DNA of 64,000 nt. Origin: Podarcis muralis. Taxonomy: Eukaryota. Positions 12,713-25,377 of the stretch are shown piece by piece. The position numbers were made by a program, and so were the translations under genes. The notes under the pieces were generated by a model. That model was not told the DNA's origin. It did no database searches and worked only from the letters and a program-made list of their open reading frames with translations. The stretch lies in contig NC_135664.1 in assembly GCF_964188315.1 (NCBI RefSeq), forward strand, positions 20,398,001 through 20,462,000, read 5' to 3'. Numbering within the stretch: position 1 is the stretch's first letter; each line of letters opens with the position of its first letter.

Positions 12713-13664
12713 TAAGCCAGTTATCTTATGAAAGCCACCTCCATCCCCAATAACAATTTCAGACAAAATGTCTAAAAACCTCTCACCCAAACACTGCCAT
12801 GTTTGATTTCTTTCTATGTCTGTCTTGTGCGTTCTGATGGCTTGCTGAGCACCATCCCTAATTCTAGCAAGTGTGTCAGCGATCTTTCTGATGTACTCCT
12901 GGATTCCTTTCTTAACCCATTCAGACATCATGCTAAACTATGGATTATTGTGATGGGAGGGAGCATAGCTTCCCACTGGGATCACACACTCCCTTCTCTT
13001 GTCATAGCCACAAGCTGGTGCTTCCGAGTTCAGTTGATCACAGTATAGCCTGGTATCCAAACCCTAAACTGTGGTTGATCTTAATGAACTTTTTCAGAAA
13101 CAAGCTAGCTTCATAAACTGTGGTTTGAAGTTGCAATGGTGCCTCACAGGCTGGTGCCTCTGGCCCTAACTGTTCCCCTATGGAAAATTTCACCAAACAC
13201 CACTGATTGAAGTCAGGACACTTTGAGACCATTGTAGAATGTACAGTCTAGATGTAATAACTGGCAGGTCTGGTTGTCAGCATTGGGCATTTTGGGTGTG
13301 AGGGGTTTGTGCGGGGAGGATACTTTCCTTTTAAAATATTGGAAGCTGACTGGGCACAACCTTGGTGATATCTCCCAATTTGGACTCTTCTCCTGAGCAG
13401 TTAAACTTCCCTTTTGCTGTGTGTCTTTTCTCTCATGAGATAATTCTAAGCCATTCATATTTGTTATTTTTTCCTGAAAGCAACATGAGAAACCTCTAAC
13501 CTTCCTACCTCAGGAAGAATTGGGAATATTGCAGGAAATAACTTTGAACATTTTAATCCATTTCTGTTTGCGATACCTCTCTTCCCTCCTCCTCTCCCTG
13601 CCAAAAAATTGTTCACGACACTGTCGATTTTGGAGCTAACAACAAATCACATTGATTAAAAATA

Positions 13665-13910
13665 CAATGGAACCGTTATATTTTTCGTTGATGAACATTT
13701 CGGAACTCGGAACGCCATAAACTTGGAAGTAAATGCTTCCGTTTACAAATGCGCCTCGTAAGTTGAACTTCTGAGGCGGCTTCCTGGTTAAGTTTTCTGT
13801 ATTAATTTTTTCCGTTTTGAGGCTTCTGTATTGAGTTTTTTATTTTTGAACGTTTCGGAATTCAAACAGTCTTCCGGAATGTATTATGTTCGAAAACCGA
13901 GTTTCCACTG
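13665..13910. mobile_element. Tc1/mariner MITE, degraded
   Basis: TA|caatggaacc...gagtttccactg|TA; interior like the MITEs at 49675 and 58426. Confidence 0.65.
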
Positions 13911-14030
13911 TATATTGCATGAAAAACTGTAGTTTTCTGTTCTTTCTCTCTGAAAATATTTGAAAACAGTGCATAAAAGAACAGTCCAGATTTAATGACG
14001 CAACACATTCCCCCTTCCCATCTTTTACAG

Positions 14031-14218
14031 GGTTGGTTTAGCCCGGGCCAAGTCTTTGTGTTGGACGAATACTGTGCTCGTTATGGTGTGAGGGGCTGTC
14101 ACCGCCATCTGTGCTACCTGAATGAATTGATGGAACACTCGGAGAATGGCGCTGTCATTGACCCAACCTTGCTCCATTACAGCTTTGCCTTTTGTGCTTC
14201 TCATGTTCACGGCAACAG
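14031..14218 (+). CDS. CADPS2: CADPS2 exon ([30 protein letters not shown]...CASHVHGNR)
   Basis: Acceptor ttttacag|GGT, donor AG|gtattt; 188 nt; within ORF 13995..14255. Confidence 0.97.
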
Positions 14219-15053
14219 GTATTTTAATATGCAGACTTGCCAGGAAAGTCATTAGGCTATGTGACAAAGAGAGGAGAGTGGTGTATTTAGACTTAGCTTC
14301 ATCCACACACAGTGTAGCAGAGGAATGAACGAGCATCAAGAGTTCAGTTCTTGCAAACGGTCTGTGTGTGTTCTGAAGTGCAGTAGAACATTTTTATATC
14401 AAAGTGAACCTCACTTGAAAATATGCAGGCATTCTGAAAGATCTACTTTGGAGGGCTATTTCTCACCAAACACAGCAGATGTTTGTTACATGTCTTTATA
14501 TGCATTGTAGCATAAAAAGTAGAGGTGCATATTTTGTAAACGCATGAAGGGGTGGGGAACAATGCATCACTTATTTAGGAGAAATGTAATGCCGTCTAGG
14601 AAGACCCTGCTTTCTAGTGACCCATAGATGTCCACTGCAAATGAAGAACACTTGTGGGACCCAGTGATGACCTCTGGGTGCTGGTGTGAACTTCTATCAT
14701 TGGCCTATGCCTGGGTCTAAAAATCTCTGTCAGTGTCTACCATGCATAAGATGTCTGGGAAAATGGCTATCATAGGTTCCAATGAATTGCTCTCGATATT
14801 GGCTTTGTTTTTGCTTCTCAAAATACATCTTGAACTCTGCTTTGAGCTAAGTAGAGGGAAATTTTATAGTGTGTGTAGCATTTTCATATTCTGAAACGAA
14901 AGCTGCAGTTGTTTTGAAAGAGGGAATTTTGGACTCCTTGAACTTCATGTGGTAGACTCTGGCCTCTGGCCTAGTTTCCATTACTCCTTTCCTTGCTAAA
15001 ATGGTTTGAATTTTGTCACACTTGCAATGAAGTAGCAATAAATGGACATGTGT

Positions 15054-15304
15054 GAGAGCCAGTGTGGTGTAGTGGTTAAGAGCGGTAGTCTCGTAATCTG
15101 GGGAACCGGGTTCGCGTCTCCGCTCCTCCACATGCAGCTGCTGGGTGACCTTGGGCTAGTCACACTTCTTTGAAGTCTCTCAGCCCCACTCACCTCACAG
15201 AGTGTTTGTTGTGGGGGAGGAAGGGAAAGGAGAATGTTAGCCGCTTTGAGACTCCTGAAGGGGAGTGAAAGGCGGGATATCAAATCCAAACTCTTCTTCT
15301 TCTT
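15054..15304 (+). mobile_element. Squam3-type tRNA-derived SINE
   Basis: gagagccagtgtggtgtagtggttaagagc head, (tct)n tail, flanking catgtg duplication; second copy at 35921-36150. Confidence 0.8.
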
Positions 15305-15729
15305 CATGTGAATTTAAGTGAACGTTCGGTTTTTCTGAGAACATAATTAGGACTTGTATGGCAAAAGCCTTGAATTTGCAGCAGTGGTACAAGGCAAACA
15401 ATCCCTAGCTGTATAATTCAAGAAATGGGTGCATGTTCATCCCAAGGGACAGGTGGCTTTGGGTAACTTCGCGTTGTTACTTTGAGCACATCTGTTTCCA
15501 TATTAATGGCTTACAGGTAAACAGACTTTTTAATTGTGTGCATGTGTAGATTTCAAGAATATCACAGTGTGTAGAATGAAGAGGATTGTGTGTGGTGTTA
15601 GAGGAAGGGTAGATGAAAAGCTCTTCAATTTGGGTAGGCTGAAAGCAAAGAGTAAGGTTACCATAACCTCTGTCATAGAGCTTCAATATGCTGAAGACAA
15701 CATAGTCTGTGCACACTCGGAGGATGACC

Positions 15730-17075
15730 TCTAAACCATCCTAAATATCTTTGCAGAAGCTTACGGAAAGCTTGGCCTATCGCTCAATAGCTAAAAAAAC
15801 CCAAAGTGCTGCACCAACAAGCACAAAACAACCCCTCTGCAGCACCATAAATTCAATTCAGTGATGTAATGTTGGAAAATGCTGATCATTTTTCCTACCT
15901 AGGCAGTTATCTTTCTTGGCCAACATCGATGCCAAAATCCATCATTGCCTGAGCTTTGTGAGTGCAGCTTTCTCTTGATTGAAGCATAGAGTGTTTGAGG
16001 ATCGGGACGTTTGCAGGGAAACCACAATGCTTGTTTACAAAGCTATTGTACTACCAACTTTGTTTGTGAAACATGGACCCCTTATAAATGCCATCTCCAA
16101 CTCCTTGAAAGATTCCATCAACGGTGTCTTCCAAAAAATTTACATATCACTTGGGAAGAAAGGCAAACTAATTTCATTGTACTGGAAGAAGCAAAGATCA
16201 CCAGTGTTGAAGCAATGAGTATTCAACATCAACTTGGTTATACTGGTCATGTTGTTTGGATGCCTGATTATCATCTTCCAAAGCAACTACTCTATTCCCA
16301 ACTTAAGAATGGAAAGCGTAATGTTGGTGGACAACAAAAGAGGTTTAAAGATGCTCTCAAGGCAAATCTTTAAAAAATAAACACCAACAACTGGGAAACA
16401 CTGGCCTGTGAGCACTTCAATTGGAGAATAAAAGGTAAAGGTACCCCTGCCCGTACGGGCCAGTCTTGACAGACTCTGGGGTTGTGCGCCCATCTCACTT
16501 AAGAGGCCAGGGGCCAGCGCTGTCTGGAGACACTTCCGGGTCATGTGGCCAGCATGACAAAGCTGCATCTGGCGAGCCAGAGCCACACACGGAAACGCCG
16601 TTTACCTTCCCGCTAGTAAGCAGTCCCTATTTATCTACTTGCACCTGGGGATGCTTTCGGACTGCTAGGTTGGCAGGCGCTGGGACCGAGCAACGGGAGT
16701 GCACCCCGCCGCGGGGATTCGAACCGCCGACCTTTCGATTGGCAAGCCCTAGGCGCTGAGGCTTTTACCCACAGCGCCACCCACATCCCTATCAATTGGA
16801 GAATAGCCTCTGCCAAAGGCGTCATGGACTCTGAAGAAGCAAAAACTCAGAACGAAAGGGAGAAACGAGCTAAGGGGAAGGCACGTTTGGCAAATCCTCA
16901 CCATGATCAACTCCTGCCCAGAAACCTATGTCCCCGCTGTGGAAGGACATGTGGATCCAGAATTGGCCTCCAAACCAACTTAAGAATGCGCTGTTAAAAG
17001 CATATTCATGGAAGGCAATCTTATTCGGCTATGAGTGATTGTCCAAGAAAGAGAAAAAGAAAGAAAGAAAGTACT
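15730..17075 (+). mobile_element. RTE-clade (BovB-like) LINE 3' part, interrupted by a Sauria SINE
   Basis: RT C-terminal remnants LENADHFSYLGS and HLPKQLLYSQLKNGKRNVGGQQKRFKDALKANL, CCHH-type tail, (gaaa)n end. Confidence 0.85.
16431..16789 (-). mobile_element. Sauria SINE, full length, 14-bp TSD
   Basis: TSD tcaattggagaata at 16417-16430 and 16792-16805. Confidence 0.92.
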
Positions 17076-17078
17076 TCT

Positions 17079-17749
17079 GGGGGGACACGTTCTGTTCCTT
17101 CTGGAGTAGTTTGCCCACCTTTGGTCCCCATCCTGCACTCAGCTCTCTTAAGTAGCTCCTAGAAGCTGTCAACATGCAATAGCGGCCACACCCTGGGAAC
17201 GGCTTTGACTTGCCAGCTAAACCAGGTGAGGGTAGCCAATGGGCCTCAAAGTTCAGTGAGTTAGGGACTTCCCCTGCGTGTCAAGACAGGCTTCAGTAGA
17301 TTGAGTGGACAAGATCAATAGTGGGTCCAACGGTCAGGAAGACGGTGTCAGCACATGCCGCAGAGGGAAGTGAAGGGCAGATGGGGCTTGCCACCTGGAA
17401 AGAGAGCCCGTCTAAGAGAAGGAAAACTCTTGCCCTAAACCTCTGCTGCCTTGTAGGTCATCTTTGGGAGAAGAAAAGGAGTGGTGTCCCTAAGATGGTT
17501 GGGTGGCACCTTGTAGGCCTTCTTCCGGCAACTCCTCCAGCCAAGCTGGTGCCAAATGTATTGCTCTGATTACTGTTGGACCACATCAAGGCCAAGAGAG
17601 GGGTCTTGTTGTCTGGACAACCCAGAACCTCCATACACACTGCCCAGGCTTGCACCCCAGAGAGGTAATTTCAGTGCTGCTAATGCAACAGTTTGACTGC
17701 ACCCCTGGAGGTGCACTCCATTGTCTCTCAAGACAAATAGATGCTGCTG

Positions 17750-17797
<48 letters not shown>
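17079..17797 (+). mobile_element. Non-coding retroposon with (AAC)n tail, probably RTE-derived
   Basis: Interior ctaagagaaggaaaactcttgccctaaacctctgctgcc and ccggcaactcctccagccaagctggtgccaaa resemble RTE 5' UTRs; no ORF; (caa)n at 17751-17797. Confidence 0.45.
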
Positions 17798-19276
17798 GGA
17801 TAGTGACCTCACTGCTGCAATAAAGGTGTTCTGCTTTGATAATATATTCAGTTCGCTTTTCTACAATTGCAGGTTTAAAAAATGGTGGATAATCCAGCTT
17901 TCAGTCTATATTTTTGCAGCAGTGTGAGAGAGAAAATTCTAGTCCATGGGTGCACTCTTTTGACTGGAGGTTTGGGATGGGATTAAGGTTTTATGGCACA
18001 GATAATTTTACTCATATGCCAAGTTACATGGTAGTCATTTAAAGATCCAACTCAGCTTTAGGAAAAAGAAAGAATTCACGAGTACACCAACTTATCAAAT
18101 TTGGCTCAATGTTAGATTGTTTTTTTTAGGCAGCCTATTTCTCTGCCCTTGACTTTATGATCTCTTGTATCTTATACAACTACTTTTTTTTGCGCCACCT
18201 TGGACACAAGCTCAACAATTGTCTGTTCCCTTTGATGTCCTCCCATTCTTGTCCATATGCCTGACTTACAAATGGAGTAGCTTTGATTGTTAAATGTTTT
18301 TCATAGGTTTCCTTTGCACTGATACAGTGCTCATATAGGCAGCCCTGGCCTCTTTGTGAAATGATTGCTAATTGTCAAGGTCTCCTGCTCTCCCTGTCAA
18401 TGCAACTCCTTTCCAACTGAAGGCAAAAGCACTTGGTTGCCACCCTGACTTGCATTTCCATTTTCCCAGGCATTTTCAGCAACTTCCTGATTAAAGGAAG
18501 CTTTTTTAAAAAATTAATAAATCAAGTGCTCAACAATAATTGTACCCAAATAAAGAAGCAACATTATAGGACCCAAACAAGAATGGAGTCTAAAATAGTT
18601 CTAGAGTAAAACATTTGACATAAAATTCCTGATTTATCCACTGGTGTCCAAAGCTGATTGAAAAACTAAATAAAAATAGCAACAAACACCAGTATAAAAA
18701 TACAAAATGGCCATACACAAGGGGAAAACATATAAGAGGATTCCATAATCTCCTATTAAACCTGCAGAATCCAGTTCAGTGGAGGTGGGATTAACCGGAA
18801 CTCCAGAGATTAAGAAGACCGAAGGATCTCTTCAAAAGTTTACCTATAGGGACACCTTTTTCCAAACGGGAAATTACTCTGCTTTTATACAACTCTGACC
18901 ATTTTAATTTACTTGCTGTAGGGAAACTGGATCACCACTCTAGTCTTCACCAACGATTCATCTTCACCTCTCCTGCCAACAGCTTTCTCAAACAAACTAG
19001 GCATCTCTGTATTAAACCGGAGGAGGAAATTTTGTTTGGTGCACTTTCTAGGTAGTTTCTAGTCTTACATCCATCTGAAAAAAGGTCAGAACAGAGAGGA
19101 AAACAGCAAGAGTGAGAGAGGGAAAAGAGTCACCAGAAGGAAAGAAAAAAGGTAATCGCATTTCAAAATGCAAGAAGTTACCAGGTCTCTCTTCATTATT
19201 TTTTATTTCTTATTTTTTTAATAACTTTTAAAAAAAGTTTTTACATCAGGTTTAGGGTTCATAAAAGTAAAATATA

Positions 19277-19638
19277 AGGTAAAGGTAAAGGTACCCCTGC
19301 CCGTACGGGCCAGTCTTGCCAGACTCTAGGGTTGTGCGCCCATCTCACTCAAGAGGCCGGGGGCCAGCGCTGTCCGCAGACAGTTCCGGGTCACGTGGCC
19401 AGCGTGACAAAGCTGCATCTGGCGAGCCAGCACAGCACACGGAACGCCGTTTACCTTCCCGCTAGTAAGCGGTCCCTATTTATCTACTTGCACCCGGAGG
19501 TGCTTTCGAACTGCTAGGTTGGCAGGCGCTGGGACCGAGCGACGGGAGCGCACCCCGCCACGGGGATTCGAACTGCCGACCTTTCGATCGGCAAGTCCTA
19601 GGCGCTGAGGCTTTAACCCACAGCGCCACCCGCATCCC
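19277..19638 (-). mobile_element. Sauria SINE, full length, 14-bp TSD
   Basis: TSD aaaagtaaaatata at 19263-19276 and 19641-19654. Confidence 0.92.
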
Positions 19639-19813
19639 GAAAAAGTAAAATATACAGAACAGTATTAATAAAAAACAAAACAAACAAGTGTGGACAATCA
19701 GATCTTAAATCAATGACAAGTTCCATATCTATGTCAAATATAGGGGGACCCAATTCTGCTGGCCATGGAGCAACTTTTCTCATATCTTATTCACAAGGGT
19801 GTTTTGTCTTAGC

Positions 19814-19814
<1 letters not shown>

Positions 19815-19870
<56 letters not shown>

Positions 19871-20215
19871 TTATACCCCACCCGTCTGGCTGGGTTTCCC
19901 CAGCCACTCTGGGTGGCTTCCAACAAAATGTTAAAAATAGGATAAAACATCAAACATTAAAAACTTCCCTAAACAGATGTCTTCTAAAAATCAGATGGTT
20001 GTTTATTTCCTTGACATCTGATGGAAGGGCGTTCCACTCTGCCTGGTTCCCTGTAACCTCACTTCTTGCAGTGAGGGAACTGCCAGAAGGTCATTGGAGC
20101 TGGACTTCAGTGTCTGGGCTGAACGATGGGGGTGGAGACGCTCCTTGAGGTATACTGGGCTGAGGCCATTTAGGGCTTTTAGGTCAGCACCAGCACTTTG
20201 AAATGTGCTCAGAAA
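19815..20215 (-). mobile_element. L2 LINE 3' fragment with (AAT)n tail
   Basis: Reverse-complement homologue of 25378-25890. Confidence 0.8.
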
Positions 20216-21586
20216 CTAAGGCCTTGTCATCATTTCCGCACCTGACAAAAAAACATCTCCACCCTTAAGACAACCATTCAGGCCTTATTCAGTCATGAGC
20301 CAGAGCTTCTTGACAAAATATGTTCTCTCTCCTCCCTGAGCTTCTGGGGTGATCACTTTCAGCATGCATGTAGATTTACCCCCTGCAAAAAAGGGGGGTC
20401 CAGTGACTCCACTATCTTGTTTTTATAAGACCTATTTTTCATGAGCCTTCCTCTGATCACACTTATACATGGAGAATTTAAGAAGACTATGCAAAAAATT
20501 AACCTGCCGGCTTCCATTGCTCCTTTAGTTGCGTGTATTTTACTCTGATCTTCAGGAAAACAAAGATAAGTAATACATGTTTGAAGCAATATATAAATAA
20601 ACCTGAAGGATAGATGGCCAGCTTACACAAAGCAAACGAGTCTGTCTCGTGGGTGTTCAAAAGGCTGGCTCTGTCATCAAGGTCTCGGTCTTGATTGCCT
20701 TCTATAGTTGGGACTGAAATTGACAAGGACAAGAGAGGACATCCTTGCAAAGATGAGTTTCTTACAAGAATATGATGGGCTAGCTTTCAGCCTCTTTCAT
20801 TAATACTATTTTGTTCAGTGAATGGGGATGGGCTTTTCTTTTCTTCCCCCCTCTTTTTTGTACAACATCTCAAGGCCTTTACTGGTTACAATGAAAGCCT
20901 ACTTTCCATGCCAACTCTTGAGCTGCCTGACACATTCATAGAAATTTTCGCGTGGAAGCCTGACTGCATGCGACTACTTCCCTAGCCTTATTTATTGTCT
21001 GGTTTTGAACCTTTTGGTGCTAATGTTTAGCACAGTGTGTCCTATAATTGCCCAAACTTATTTCAATAATTCAAAAGGAAGGTAGAAGTATTTCTTTTAT
21101 TTATTAACGCGAGTGAAGGACATCGGTGCACGCAGGACGTTGAAATATCTGAGAGAGCACATCCTCCTCCACCACTCTGTATGTATTCCTCCTATTCAAG
21201 CCGCTGTATTTGTGAGGCATTATGAGTGTTTTAGAAATAAAAGAATAGAATGGCGTTGTAAAGAGAGGCTCCAGCTGGTATTAAGATACTGAAATAAGAG
21301 AAAAAGAAATGGGAAGAAAGGGAGAGAGAAGAAAGGTAAGTCAAGGACAGAAACAGTAGCTCTCACTCGGAATTTTGCTCACACACAGATAATAACATCC
21401 ACTCAATTCATCTACAGCATTACAAAGGGGGAGAAAAGGAATTTCACAGACAAAGCAGGATAGGTCAGAGTTCTAGGCTGATATCTGTGATTATACATCG
21501 TGCAGTGTAATCCTATGTATGTTTTCTCAGAAGTAAGCTCCATGGAGCTCACTGAGGCTTCCTCCCAAGTAAGCACATGGAGGATT

Positions 21587-23936
21587 GCAGGTGTGGATCT
21601 TCTGCTGGCATCATGGAGTCACTGGGTTGGGCTCTGGCTCCACCCTGCTCATGAGGCAGAAGAAAAAACTCCTTGGGGAAATGGGCGGCTCCCAGTCAGG
21701 TTGTTTTGTTTTGTTTTTTGCTCCTGCCTAAACGATGCAGTCCTGTCATGATTGGCTCCTGCTTTTACTCAGGCTAGTTTTGCCCTTCTCCTTTGGAGTT
21801 TCCTTCTCCAAATCCTGAAGCCTTCCCAGAGAAGCCACTCTAGGACATCATGTGTTGATGGAAGTCATGGTTCCTGCCTTTGGCACCTACGGAGCGTGCT
21901 AAGAAGACCTGTGGGTGTCAGAGGCCACATCAACACTTCCTGTTGCTTCAGTTGGCCTGCTGCCTGCAAACCCTTTGCATGGCTGAGCATGGAACCACCT
22001 CAGCAGCCAGCGGCCTTCCGTGGTATAGACCTCCCGCAAGGCTAAACAGAAGCAGAAACACATGGAGGCTTCTGAAAGCATCTCCTGCAGCAGCAATTAG
22101 GTCACCACAAGGCCCTTCCCTTCCTCAGTGACCCACAGCAGACCCAGCCACTATTGGCAGTCCCTTGGGAAGGGATTCAGATGACAGCCACCCAATCCTG
22201 GCACAGGCTTTTCATTCCACCCCCCACCCCACCACCTCAGATGAGGATGAATTTGTGGGGTTTCTGGAGGCTTCTTCTTCTATCTCAATCCCCTAGGAAA
22301 CCAACCTCTCTCCCAACACATCCAAGACCAGCGCCCACAGGGGGACCTCTTACCACCAGAAATTATTCAGCAAATTAAAGAAGCCATCCCCGAGGCTCCT
22401 CCTCCTGCGTTGTAACTGAAGAAGAGTAGTGGAGTGATGGTTTCATGCTAGAGGAACAGACCTCTGCCCACTTGTTCCAGGGTGCCCATTGTTGCAAGTC
22501 TTGAGCATCTCTCAGTCTGATGACCCTGTTATCCCAAAAGAGGCTAAAGTGCTACCAGAGCCACAAACTTCCACCAGATTTGTTCCAACCCCAACAGACA
22601 ACAGGCAATTGAGGAAAATGGGATATCTCTCTCATATATATACTTGGCAAACTATACACTTGATTCGCCCACAGATTCCATCAACGGTGTCTCCGAAAAG
22701 TTTTACACATCACTTGGGAGGACAGGCAAACTAATAGTGTACTGGAAGAAGAAGCAAAGATCACCAGTGTTGAAGCAATGATTCTTCAACATCAACTTCG
22801 TTGGACTGGTCATGTTTTGCGGATGCCTGATGATCATCTTCCAAAGCAACTACTCTATTGCAAACTTAAAAATGGAAAGCGTAATGCTGGTGGTCAACAA
22901 AAGGGGTTTAAAGACTGTCTCAAGGCAAATCTTAAAAAATGTATAATCTACAACTGGGAAACACTGGCCTGCGAGCACTCCAATTGGAGAACAGCCTTTA
23001 CCAAAGCTTTGAAGAAACTCGAACTCAGGATGCAAGGGAGAAACATGCTAAGAGGAAGGCACGCCACGATCAACTCCCGCCCAGAAACCTATGCCCCCAC
23101 TGTGGAAGGACGTGTGGATCCAGAATTGGCCTCCACTGTCACTTACAGACTCATTGTTAAAATTGTGTTTATGGAAGACAGTCTTACTCAGCTATAAGTG
23201 ATTTTCCACTGTACATATTTCAGGAGAATCCAACACCCAGGTAGATAGGCTAAGTCAAACCAAACTAGATCTAGGGGGAATAGATGCTGCATCATCTGAT
23301 CTTCTCTCAGCTTCAAAACTGCTACGGGCTCTTCATGGTGGACCTCTTCATGAACTAGGCCACCCAGCAACTGCCAGAGTTCTTCTCACTTCCAGCAGAT
23401 ATTTGTAGGGTTGCCACTGGGATATCCCCTAGCACCTTTACAAGGCGCTATATGATTGATTTGCATTCATCTGCTGAGGCTTTCTTTAGGTGCAAGCCCT
23501 GCCACAGTAACCTAGTCTACAGTTGGGGTCCACCCTAACTGGATAAACTCTGGTAGATCCCAATCCAGTGACCCCCATGGTGCCAGTAAGAGATAGTACG
23601 GTTCGTACTCACCTCAACTGTAGAACTCTAATGGCATCATGAGGTCACTGGAGCCCACACCCTAACATGGACTACAACATGCCTCGTTTATTACTGCATG
23701 TTCTCATGCTCTTTGGGCAGCTGGTACTGTTAATGTATAAGGAGAAAGTGGGCTTTTACCATTTGTGACATCGATGACTGTTGGAGTTTGGCTGCAAAAA
23801 TGAGGGAGAGCCTCCCATTTTCCCCGAAGAGTTTTTTCTCCTGCCTTGTGACCATGGTGGAGCCAGAACCCAATCCAGTGACCTCATGATTCCAATCAGA
23901 GATCTACACTTCAGGTGAGTACCAATCATACTTTTC
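21587..23936 (+). mobile_element. Internally deleted DIRS1-like tyrosine-recombinase retrotransposon
   Basis: ITRs 21587-21693 and 23804-23912; ICR about 23555-23655; RNase H remnant VHISGESNTQVDRLSQ (23211-23258); YR remnant DICRVATGISPSTFTRRYMIDL (from 23398). Confidence 0.8.
22620..23197 (+). mobile_element. RTE-clade (BovB-like) LINE 3' fragment nested in the DIRS relic
   Basis: ORF 22778..23197 LRWTGHVLRMPDDHLPKQLLY; CPHCGRTCGSRIGLHCHLQTH zinc finger; homologous to 15730-17075. Confidence 0.85.
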
Positions 23937-25377
23937 CTAAGTCAGGCTTGATGAGGAGAAAGACATCATGTTGACAAAGACATCATGGAGACATAGGAGT
24001 CTTAAAGGCCCAATGGTGAAATGGTTTGGCTGTGCTAGATGAGCAGTGTGTTCTGTTCTTAAGAGGGCCATCGCATCCCTATTACCAGCTTGGCAAAGAC
24101 CATATAAGGCATGTTGCCTTTCAGAAGCCGAGTACATAGGAGTGCCATGTTTCCACTTCATACAGCAGGTAATTAATGTTTGTTTTTAATGCCAGTTTTT
24201 CTCCCAGTGTGTGGTGGACAATCTTTTTGCATAAGATGCTATGAAGAAGCTCCCTGTATCTTCTCCCTGCCCTCTGTTTTAATTTTTCTGCCGCACTGTA
24301 GTCGTACATTAACTCTACAGCCACACTTCAAAAAAGACAAACTAAATTGCTCTTGCTAGCAGTGGCAGATAGCTTTTAAAAATTAAAATGGAGTACCTTG
24401 CAATAACGTGAGTGGTGCAAGGAAATGGAGCGATTGTTGTACCGCATTTGTCTGCAGTTGTTTTGAACCACAGCTTCCACATGCATAGGCAGATTCTCAT
24501 CCTCTTTTATTTTACAAGTGTCTAAAGCTACTAGATGCTATACAGCAGTAATTGGAAAAAATCACATCGCCCTGACCTTAAGGCTTGCAATCGCAATGTT
24601 ACAGACAGAGACGAGAATGTGGTGGGAGGGGGTCAAGATGAAAAACCAGGGAATATTTTAAGTTAAACTAACCAGATGAAAGACCAAGCATCTATTATGT
24701 ATGAAGGGAATTGGGTCAAAAAAACAGACAAGTGGGTATGAGAATTGAATGAGAAAGAGACGACCAGTCTGGTGCCCAAAAGTGTAGAATCAGCCCCCAC
24801 AAGTTCCAAGTGGAAAACAATATATGCGGTAAAAAACAAGGCAGAGGTTCAAGGCATAAATATCAGAGATAAAGCCTAACTGCTTGAGATGATAAGAGAA
24901 CAGGCCCAAATTCAGGTAACGGAGTGGATAAATGTGTCATCCCTAGCCTTCAACTAGAATTGTATCTCTGGGACTTCCTTCTGCCTTGTTTCTAATTTGT
25001 CTTAAGTGATTACTTTGTCCTGGTAGCCAACCAGTACTTGATCTTTGAGGATCACCCTTTGAGAGTATTTGACTGATTTGATTCCTGTGAGATGGCATTC
25101 ACCTTTATTATTTTACTATTCAGTCACTGTAGAATTGTGCCCCTGCAGTCCCATATTATTCAAGCATGTCAGGAAGATACCATGGGTGATAATAGCATGT
25201 CACAGAGAGATCCAGCAGAATCAAGAGGAACTGCCCACGCCCCCGCCCCCGCAGTAGTCACCCTCAAAGACTACCGATTGTGTTTTAGCCACAAAAGCAG
25301 GCCTGACACCAGACTGGAAAGATCCCAGATGACTCTACTTCATGCAAGAAATCCCGGAGTTGAGTTGCCACAATCTG

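Noticed and set aside
12611-12931. 106-aa minus-strand ORF as Rex1 or a nested gene
   Set aside because: No convincing motif; its end overlaps the Penelope-like repeat.
17570-17812. Poly-Cys, poly-Leu, poly-Ile and poly-Asn ORFs here and at 19713, 30634, 62839
   Set aside because: Translations of (AAC)n and (AAT)n retroposon tails.
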